NCBI GenBank assembly: GCA_951406725.2
Contig: OX597816.1
Coordinates: forward strand, 10,912,001-10,976,000
Direction: 5' to 3'
DNA: 64,000 nucleotides
DNA from: Octopus vulgaris
Lineage: Eukaryota
Shown in pieces: positions 53,598 to 64,000 of this stretch (position 1 is the first letter of the stretch; each line of letters starts with the position of its first letter). The translations under genes were made by a program, and so were the position numbers. The notes under the pieces were generated by a model. That model saw nothing but the letters and a program-made list of their open reading frames with translations, was not told the origin of the DNA and ran no database searches.

Positions 53598-54210
53598 CTT
53601 CAGTTGCACCAGGGTCTCCAGTTTGTCAATGTAAACCCTATCTTTCAGGCATCCCCACAAGAAAAATCCAGGCTATTCAAGTCTGGGGAGCATGAAGGCC
53701 ATTCAAAGTAGACCTCACACATGGTTCCAGCAAGATGTGGCAATTGCTCATACTGCAAGAGAAACAATGCAGTTGCGATGGCAGTGTTTTGGAGAGAGAA
53801 TAATCCCCTGCTATGGCAATGTCAACTGGTCTTTACATTCCCCAAACTTGACTTACCCAGATTTTTTCTTGTGGGGATATTTGAAAGAGAGAGTTTACAT
53901 CGACAAACTGGAGACCCTAGTGCAACTGAAGTAGAACATCGATAGAGAAATCAGGGAAGCGGGGTCTGAAACTCATGAGGGTGTAATGGTGCAAGTTTTG
54001 GAAAGAGCACACATGTGTGAAGCTGAAAATGGCTGCCATTTAAACGATGTCATTTTTTGAATGTGATGTAGTGGTGTTGCAAAATTTGACTTGTGCATAT
54101 TAATTTCAATTACGCCCTTTATATTGTATCAAAGTTTTATGCATTTATTTGTAAAGTTAAGGAAGTTATTGAAAATTGAAACCCATCAATGATTTTTGGG
54201 ACACTCTCTA
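53598..54210 (+). mobile_element. Tc1/mariner transposase C-terminal remnant with inverted duplication
   Basis: WFQQD..AHTA..WSLHSPNLTYPDFFLWGYLKERVY on the + strand; 53598-53705 encodes WPSCSPDLNSLDFFLWGCLKDRVYIDKLETLVQLK on the minus strand. Confidence 0.85.
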
Positions 54211-54494
54211 TGTATATATATATATCATCATCATCATTTAATGTCTGTTGTCAATGCTGGCATGGATTGGATGATTTGACCAGGGCACCAGACTCCAGTC
54301 TGATTTAGCATGGTTTTCTATGGCTGGACGCCCTTCCTAATGCCAACCACAAAATGACAAACTGAATAACTGAGTAATAAATGAAAAATACGAAAAAAAC
54401 ACAAACAAAATAAAAATGTGTGTGAGCTGGCAAAGTTTTAGTAGAGACAAAGCTTTATTTCATCTGTTAAAAACCAAGCAATTCAAGTTAAAAA

Positions 54495-55035
54495 TCCTCC
54501 TCTTCCTCCTTATCCTCCTCATCATCATCGTCATCCTCATCATCATCACCACCACCACCCTACCACCACCCTCCTCCTCCTCATCATCAACCTCATCATT
54601 CTTATCTTCATCATCATCACCCTTATCATCCTCCTCCTCATCATCATCATTCTTATCTTCATCCTCATCACCCTCATCATCATCATCCTTATCTTCATCC
54701 TCATCACCCTCATCATCATCACCCTTATCATCCTCATGTTCATCATTATCCTTATCTTCATCCTCATCACCCTCATCATCACCCTTATCATCCTCATCTT
54801 CATCATCATCCTTATCTTCATCATCATCCTCATCATTCTCATCACCCTTATCATCCTCATCATCCTTATCTTCATCATTATCCTCATCACCCTTATCATC
54901 CTCCTCCTCATCATCATCCTCATCATCCTCATCATCATCATCCTCTTCAACCTTGTCATCATCGTAATCCTCCTCCTCTTCCTCATCATCACCCTCATCC
55001 TCCTCATCCTCATCGTCATCATCATCATCATCAAT
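54495..55035. repeat. (CAT/CCT)n low-complexity tract
   Basis: Directly visible; similar tracts at 28900-29175, 29440-29860, 37500-37890 and 47265-47455. Confidence 0.95.
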
Positions 55036-56697
55036 GGCAATAAGAATAACAGCAAACAGCAGGACTGAAATAATTACAAATAAAAAAGGCTAAGACTGAC
55101 AACAATCAGATGGTTAGAGATGAATAGATGCGTTTGTCTTAAGGCTTATAAATGGGTGAATGCTGATATAGTTGTTTGTTGCCTATGAATTTGTGACTGA
55201 GAAACACAACTGTCACTCTTATGTATAAATATGTGAATGTCTATATAACTGTGTGTAGATGCATTTGCTTGTATGTGTGTGCTTGTATGCGTATTATGTG
55301 GACATTAATATATTAAAACTAAAACCAGAGTAAGATCAACGAAGATAAACGCGCATGTTCGTCTTGCGTCTATAATTGCGCGAACATAAACACATTGGTG
55401 TGCATGTGCGAGTGTGTATATGTGTGTGTTTCTGTACGTGTGTGAATGTTAATATATTTGCGTATGAGTATAGGCGAGTGGATGTTTACAAATTACTGTA
55501 CGTGTGTGTATAATTGCATTAATGTTAACAAATCTCCGTATGTACGTACAACTGTGTGAATGCGACTCTATTTGTTTGTACAAGTGTGTGAATGTTAATA
55601 TATTTGTTTTGTGTGTATTTACTCTACAAACAATTTCTGAGTGGTTCTGCTTCCATTTCATTAATATCTGATCTTTTACAATAGAAGAAGGCTTCGTTGT
55701 ATAATTAGAGCATAAAAGATATTAAAAGTACATAATGGATCTTTTCATAGACGTACAACCATTAACAATGGAAAGCATTGTACTTAGCAGAAAAGATTTT
55801 TACCTGTAATAACCATCTGATTATCTGCATGTGACCCAGATTATAATACACATTTGGTAAATCGATTAGTTAAATAAACTTAAAATAAAATGATAGATAC
55901 ATTTTGCAGAGTTTTTTATTTGTTAGGTATATTCATAAATTTCTATACCACAAGATTTTGCTATTGTTTTTTTCTTTTTACATCTTTTCCCGTTTTTTTT
56001 TTCCAGGTGAGAATAACTTTTTTTGTTGTTGGTAGCAATATACTTGATATGGAGGTGTGTGGTCTAGTGGTCAAGGTGTTGGATTCATGATAGTAAGAGT
56101 GTGATTTCAATTCCTGGACTGGGCAATGCATTGTGTTCTTGAGCAAAACACTTCATTTCACATTGCTCCAGTTCACTTAGCCAGCAAAAATGAGTTATCC
56201 TGTGGTAGACTGGCGTCCCATCCAGGTGGTGAATATATATTCCATGAAACCAGCCCTTTATGAGTCTATATAACTCAGGAAGGAACTTTATCCTATCCTC
56301 ATATATTTGATTAGTAAACTAATAACTGAGTGATTCAGTGTTGAAAATGTTTAGTTTCAGTTGTTGAAGGAACATTAAAAGGTTGGTTCATTTAAATTTG
56401 TTATAAGCGACTGAAGCAGTATTGGTTCCAACCGGCAATATGTCTATGATACTTAAAGCAGATAGCCAGACAAATTACAGCATTCATCTCTAGAAGGCAT
56501 CCATTATAGACTTATAGTGTTAAAAAACGCATAAATATATCAGAAGCAGACAAAACTCATCTAGCAGCGGTTGTGGCATTTGAGATGTATACTGCAGTTT
56601 ATCAGGCTTTCAATGACGCATCTACCCTAAGTAATATACACAAAATAATTTACTAATATAAATATATAAGATCTGGTTTAATAATAGAAAGACATTA

Positions 56698-56900
56698 AGG
56701 CAGAGAACTGGCAGAAACGTTAGCACGCCAGGCGAAATGCTTAGCGGTATTTCGTCTGTCTTTACATTCTGAGTTCAAATTCTGCCAAGGTCGACTTTGC
56801 CTTTCATCTTTTTGGGGTTGATAAATTAAGTACCAGTTGCGTACTAGGGTCGATGTAATCAACTGGTCCCCTCCCCCCAAATTTCAGGCCTTGTGCCTAG
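56698..56900 (+). mobile_element. SINE family D
   Basis: Complete head and core matching 41575. Confidence 0.8.
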
Positions 56901-57489
56901 CATAGAGCAACAGGACTTCCGTAATGCTATGATGGACCGTGAAGTCTGGCGTAACATAGTAAATTCCATTGTCTCGACCACAGTTGAACAATGATGAATG
57001 ATGATGAGAAAAGAATAATAGAAAGAGATTTCTTTTCTGATGAGGCCTGAGAAGACTTAAACATGCCCAGAGTTGTCACCATACTTCTCTCTTTCTCTCT
57101 TTTCTCTCTTTTACTTGTTTCAGTCATTTGACTGCGGCCATGCTGGAGCACCGCCTTTAGTCGAGCAAATCGACCCCAGGACTTATTCTTTGTAAGCCCA
57201 GTACTTATTCTATCGGTCTCTTTTGCCGAACCGCTAAGTGACGGGGACGTAAATACACCAGCATCGGTTGTCAAGCAATGTTAGGGGTACAAACACAACA
57301 ATACTTACTAAGGATCAGAATAATCCCACTGCATGCCCTCATCCAAATTTTTAATAAATTTGGATTTCATAGTTTTTTCCTGCTCCAGTCTTGACGAGAA
57401 CTGACTATTAAGGCTTCTGATTTGTTTCTTATTATTATTACTTATTTATAAAAATGAAATGTTAGAATATCTCTGCCTCAAAAGATTAT

Positions 57490-57900
57490 GTTGTTATGCC
57501 AATTGTTCTCTACAGGGCAGAAACTTGGGCAATATTCACAGGAATGGAATACAAAACAGAGGCCTTTGCGATGTAGATCTTTTGTAGATTGAGCAGAACG
57601 AAGTGGAATGATGAGATAACGATCAGTGAAGAACTAGAAAACATGCAAGTCCAAAGATACCTACTGTCAAGAATCAAGTTCACAATGCTATCATATTTTG
57701 GTCATGCAGTGTGCCATGAGTCATTGTCCAAGACCATCCTGACAGGAAGTAATGGAGAGGAAGAGTGCAAGAGGCTGCCAAAGATGTTTGTGGAATAGTG
57801 ACATCAAAGAATAGACTAGAAACAAGAGCCTGACTGATTGTATGCAAGGATCACAATGCAGAAGGAACCGGAGAGTCTTGGCAAGCTGAGCCCTGGACAC
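57490..57900 (+). mobile_element. Decayed RTE-clade reverse-transcriptase ORF C-terminal fragment
   Basis: LYRAETW..EAFAM*..KWNDEIT..LSYFGHAV..LSKTILTG matches RTE C-terminal motifs (YG.ETW, YFGH). Confidence 0.7.
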
Positions 57901-57977
57901 AAGGAGGGAACCCGGATTATGATTATTACTGTAACTTTAATTAAAACAACTTTTGGTTCATTAAATTAAGTATAACA

Positions 57978-58503
<526 letters not shown>

Positions 58504-58849
58504 ATACTAATTTGACATCTAACAAATAAAACAAAGTACTTGATGACCTCTACTTGATTGTTCAACCTGCTCAATATAACAGCTAAATCTCACTTAAATT
58601 ACACTTCACTTAAATGATTGTGTCCTTAGGCTCCTTGCACATCGGAAAAAGCGATGGATTGATCATGACAGGAATGCTTTTGACCACATCTCTCTCCATC
58701 AGTGTTGGTCCGGGGTTGAAGAACAGCAATGATGTCAACAACTGGCTGTTCTTCCTTCGTTCATTTTGTACCAGCTTTAAGTGCTTATATTCATGTCTCG
58801 ACTACTGGCCTTATTGTGTTGATATGTTATCGTGGGGCACATGAAAAAA

Positions 58850-59158
58850 AAAAAAACACCATCCGAGCGTGGCGGTTCGCCAGCCTCGTCTGGCACCTGT
58901 GTCGGTGGCACATAAAAAACACCATCCGAGCGTGGCCGTTCGCCAGCCTCGTCTGGCACCTGTGTCGGTGGCACATAAAAAGCACCCACTACACACACGG
59001 AGTGGTTGGCGTTAGGAAGGGCATCCAGCTGTAGAAACACTGCCAGATCTGACTGGAGCCTGGTGCAGACTTCGGGCTTCCCAGACCCCAGTTGAACCGT
59101 CCAACCCATGCTAGCATGGAAAGCGGACGTTAAACGATGATGATGATGATGATGATGA
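58850..59158 (+). mobile_element. Family C RTE tail with 63-bp internal tandem repeat
   Basis: caccatccgagcgtgg at 58857 and 58920; (GAT)n tail. Confidence 0.85.
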
Positions 59159-62100
59159 TCCAATTTATTTTCACGATACAAAGTTCTGTGTTTGTTTTAT
59201 TGCACTTTAATAACACAACTGCCAGGAATATTAACATGCTGGGTGATTGATTTAATGTAAATGTAGCTTAGAGGTCAGATACATTTATATATATATATAT
59301 ATATATATATATGAATATATTTACATACATACTCACTCACACATACACACACACGTGCATATGATTATCCTAATGCTGTCAAGATATCTGTAATTATGAT
59401 AGAATGCACTATTCCTTGATTGATTAATACGATTTTAATGGTTCATAATGATGGGTGCATGCATGGCTGCACTGCACCTTATGCAAATAACATCTGCCAT
59501 TACATCAGGTTGTCCAGTCCCCAGTGAGCAGAATTTTTGAGGCTAGAACTCTGCAGAAGCCATAAACAGCAGCACACACACACACACACACACAGTCATA
59601 CAGGGGTGTGTGAAGGGGTCTGCATGCAGTGGTGGACTGGGTCTAAAAATATTGGTTGCTAAGAGACTAAGGGTGGGAGGGGCCCATCCACAACTACAAT
59701 GTTATCATTTAATTTTTTTTTTGTTAAAAGTATTCTTTTTAACTGTCTACAAACACAGCCAGGCTGAAATAATTAATACATTCTTCCAATAGTGAATAAA
59801 ATATTCTCAAACTTGAGGGGATGAGCCCTTAGATACTAACATGGGCCCCTATATATGGATTCTAATGGCGCAGGGGTCCGCTTGCCATCAAGTTGTTTTG
59901 TCACCTGCTTATGTTCTAAAACCATTTTATATTCAAACCATTTGAATAAACTACATCAATTTCATTTTTACACCTTTTAGTTTGTAACTCATTTAGTCAC
60001 ATCTAATGAAAATTGGGATACTACATCACATTCTTGAAGCTATATCAAGAAATAGCATTTGCGAAGTGCATTCGACTGTAAAACATTTGTAAAAGGGATC
60101 ATGAAGCGCCCAGTTCAAAATGAAGACAGTTATGGGCCTTATAACTTTAGCAGGAAAAATAATTTTAAAAGATCTGTTGTTTTTGCATTCATATTCATGG
60201 TCCTTAGGTATTAAATACTTTATTATAATAGTCATACGAACAAGGGCACCTGAAAATAATGGCAGTAACAAACACAAGCCAGATATTTTCTGTGACAGAA
60301 AATTAACATTTTACTTGGTTTTCCTGGCAAATATCTCTATAATTAGGTTTTTACTATGCTTTGTAGATACATATTTTTGTCTCATATTTGTTTAGTATTT
60401 CTACTATGTCACTACATTGTGTACAAACAAGACGAATATCTACCCTGGTCACACAGAGCTGTGATGGCATGCAGGTAATTAAAACTATTCCTGGTCCAGT
60501 CAGCTATCAGTGTGCCAATATCAGGGCCATTAATGAAAATAAACAATAGATTTTATGCCTTTTATAAAAAATAAGTAAAAGCATCAAATGTTATAGAAAT
60601 ATTACATTCACGAGTGTTTTGTCATAATGTGGAATATTTTCTCGTTGCATTCTGTTTTCATTGAGTTCCATCTAACATTGAGGTCGATGGTAAAATAGGT
60701 TTGGAATCATGAAACATCTCATTATAGCAAGATTTTCAGGAATGTAACACTACAGTAAAGTGGTTGACAGTTGTGGTGGTGGTGGTGGTGGTAGTGGTGG
60801 TGGTGGTGGTGATGGTGGTGGTGGTGCTAGTAATAAATTAAAAGGTTGATAAGCAAGGTGTATATTCTGTATCTGTTACCAAGAATTTTAAGATGAAAAT
60901 AAAGTGATACTATGTTGTATTTTTTTTTGTCAGGATTGAACAAAAGATAAACAAAGCAAACAGAAAAAAACATATATATAATTGTTTAAAATTTCAGCAC
61001 AAGGCCAGTAATTTTATGGGGTGGGGTTAGTTGATGACATCGACCCCAGTACTGGACTTGACTGGTATTTTATTTTATTGACCCTCAAAGGATCAGAGGC
61101 AAAGCTGCCTTTGATAGGATTTGAACTTACAACGTATTCAACTAAGAGAAATGTTTCTAAGAATTTTGTCACATGCGCTAATGATTTTGCCAGCTCATCA
61201 CTGAAGAGAAAAACACACATACATTCATTCATACGCATATATACATACATACATACATACAGATTACATATCCAGATTACAAGTTCAGGTTTATACCGGT
61301 AATTATTGGGGCCTTGGGATATGTAACACACTGCCTAATTACCAATCTTGAGAAATTAGGCTTCTCAAAACCAGAAAGGAGAAAGCTAATTGAAAACTAC
61401 AGATCCAATCCATCAATGGAACTGTAAATATCTGTAAAACTTTCCAGAAGTTTATCATTTAAACATAAATGAGCATGTCTAGATATGCAACTATATGCAT
61501 GAGAATACATACATAAAACATACAAATGTGCACATGAATACATACATGCATACATACATATATACATACATACATACATATACATATATACATACATACA
61601 TACAAAAAAAAACAACCTTGTGTTTGATGTTGAAATTCCATTGAAAGAGTCTTGGATCTAGGTTAGAAACCAGTTCTTTCTGTATTGGCAAGAAATCTTG
61701 AAATAAACTGAATAATGACATACATACATACATACACACATACATATACACACACATATACACAGTTGATATGAAATGTGAAGATTTAAAAATGTGCCAT
61801 ACCCGAATTTAAGTTGAGATGAAGCTAGCTTTTTAACATATAACCCTACTTGGTGCCATAACGCAAAATTCTCTGCTTGTTTGGTTAACAGATAATTTAT
61901 TAACCACGTTGCCTATTGTATTCCAGGGTGTCTCTGCCAATAAGCACTTTGGCATATTTCTCTAAGGAAACAATAATCAGTTATTGTAGTTTCTCTTGTG
62001 CAGTTTCCATATTTTTACATACAGGAAATCTATTAACGATAGCCTCAATGATAAAATATATTTTTTACGGCGCTATATATCGAATAATTTATTTATTTGC

Positions 62101-62525
62101 TTATCACAACTTATGTCCAATTCTTATCACTGCCTTTGCATACAGACATACATGGGTGTTTGTATCAGCTGAAAAATAAATATATACACACATATAAACT
62201 GACAGAAATGATGTATACATGGAACAATACTTATAAATGCTCACTGCAAAATGTATTTGAGAATGTGTGAATATGTGTGTGTGTGTGTGTGTACACATAC
62301 AGAATGAAACATGAAAAATATGCAGTAGAGCAAATAAACATGGAGAGAGGATGAGAGAGAGGGACAGAGAGACAGAGAGGCAGAGAGAAAGAGCGAGGCG
62401 GAGAGAGAGATAGAGAGAAAGAGACAATAAATAAAACAATAGTATCATGTTGTTTAGATTAATGTCAGCTTTGATCAAGCAGACCAATGATAAAAGGCCC
62501 TTCCTTTAGTGCACTCATAAACAAC

Positions 62526-62574
<49 letters not shown>

Positions 62575-62579
<5 letters not shown>

Positions 62580-63396
62580 AGATAGGGGTTGAAAATTCAA
62601 CCCACCATGGGATAATATATATCCAATATACTGCTAGATAGGTACCCAACAAAAATTAATACATAGATGTTAGAAATTGTCAAGCAATCAGTTCATCTAT
62701 TGTATTAAATGGGTAAGGGTAATAATATTACCGTAAATTAATACTACAAAATTAGAGAATGGAGAAACATACTTAAATCAATAAAACATCAACTATCCGA
62801 TGATACTCAATCCATACTTTAATACATCATTACATAGGAGTAAAGGCAATATATAAAATGAAATGAGATATACAGTAATAGTAAAAGTAAAAAGATAAAG
62901 AGATATAAGTAAAAAATTACAAATACAATATGCAAATAAATCAAAACTGACAGCTGTTTCGGCAGTGAGGACAGTCATACCTCATTTAACCTATAAGCCA
63001 TAAAGGCAGGTATAAATGAGGCATTAACAAAGATGCCCCACGGCCTCTTCAGAGAATTAAATTAAATTTGTTATAATAGTGAAAAATATTATATAATCAT
63101 ATACATATAAATATAAAAATATAAAAAAGTAAAATATAAAAACTTATACATCATAATGCTACACTTGTATAATATAATACATATTTGTACAAAAAGGAAG
63201 GTAACCAGAACAAAATAAAACAAAATATATAACAGTGTATATATAATATTAATAAGTACCGATATCATACATATTTAGCTAATAGTTTTTTTTATAAAAA
63301 AAAGGGCTAACACATATGGAGATGAAAAATAATAATAATTAAATCCGTGGTACAGTTCATAAAATTCTAAAGCTATAAAAGTTAATAAAAATTACT

Positions 63397-63430
<34 letters not shown>

Positions 63431-64000
63431 GTAATAATAATAAAAAATAATAAAATAGATACAGTTAAGTTATCACCAAGTCCATCCTTCCAAGATCGAA
63501 ATAACTATGAGTTAAGAAATGCTGACCACTAGGTAAAGAAAATTTAGATTAATTCGATTGGCTATTGGTTTGAAATTTAAATCACAAAAGAAAATTATAC
63601 GGTTGGTTAGTCAGGGAACGCCAATATTCACACACGCATCTACAGATCAATCGCACATACACACATAGTTATATGTATATACATACACTTGTACATATAC
63701 ATAATCATAAGCAACAACTAACACTTAGATAAACAAATAGGGAAGCAACCATGCTAACACTAAGTCCTTCAAAATTATAACTGAGCCTCAATAACAAAAA
63801 AAAGAACCATCCATACATTCTATAAAATATTTAATTAAGATATAAATGTATTTTTAAATATCAGTATGTTACTAATTCAGATAATTATTTCATGGGTAAC
63901 TTAAAATTTATAACACCGGTTTAGGCAATAAAAAATAGAGGGGAAGTATTAATGTAAACGCTTATGAGAACATCACAGAAATTTTAAATAAATTTTATAT
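62575..64000 (-). mobile_element. Probable Penelope-like element 3' end, running off the window edge
   Basis: Abuts (TA)n at 62530-62573; contains a hammerhead; weak FSLPSGQHFLTHSYFDL remnant near 63495-63545. Confidence 0.45.
62945..63058 (-). ncRNA. Type I hammerhead ribozyme with extended stem II
   Basis: Minus strand ct-CTGAAGA-ggc.gtggggca..atgcctcattta/taaatgaggtat..tgtcctcac.gcc-GAAA-cagctg-TC-ag; palindromic stem III ACAGCTGT; GTC triplet; stem I weak. Confidence 0.7.

Noticed and set aside
57030-57070. CTGATGA followed by ggcc
   Set aside because: No GAAA, stem III or stem I partner; chance match.

Overview
AT-rich, repeat-dominated eukaryotic DNA with no intact protein-coding gene. 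The mix of (TA)n, (TATG)n and (CAT)n microsatellites, several tRNA-headed SINE families and RTE-type LINE tails suggests intronic or intergenic DNA of a coleoid cephalopod such as Octopus; this is inferred from repeat content only. Most ORFs in the supplied track are microsatellite artefacts. Recognisable decayed transposons are a Ty3/Gypsy gag-protease and integrase (9.2-11.2 kb), mariner/Tc1 remnants and MITEs, a MULE transposase (26-28 kb), RTE LINE 3' ends, and a Penelope GIY-YIG fragment (45.1-45.4 kb). The main signal is a set of at least eight type I hammerhead ribozymes with intact CUGANGA/GAAA/NUH cores, plus about ten decayed ones, from several unrelated sequence families, mostly embedded in (TA)n tracts. 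They include a 565-bp tandem element with one hammerhead per unit (2.9-4.2 kb), a diverged fold-back relative (7.8-8.5 kb), and an element with two different hammerheads 578 nt apart (39.6-40.6 kb). Together they look like a retrozyme or non-autonomous Penelope system that could release self-cleaved, possibly circular RNAs. All structures were folded by eye, and activity, expression and novelty are untested. A few short + strand islands with canonical splice sites may be exons of a host transcript (low confidence). Repeat boundaries are approximate.
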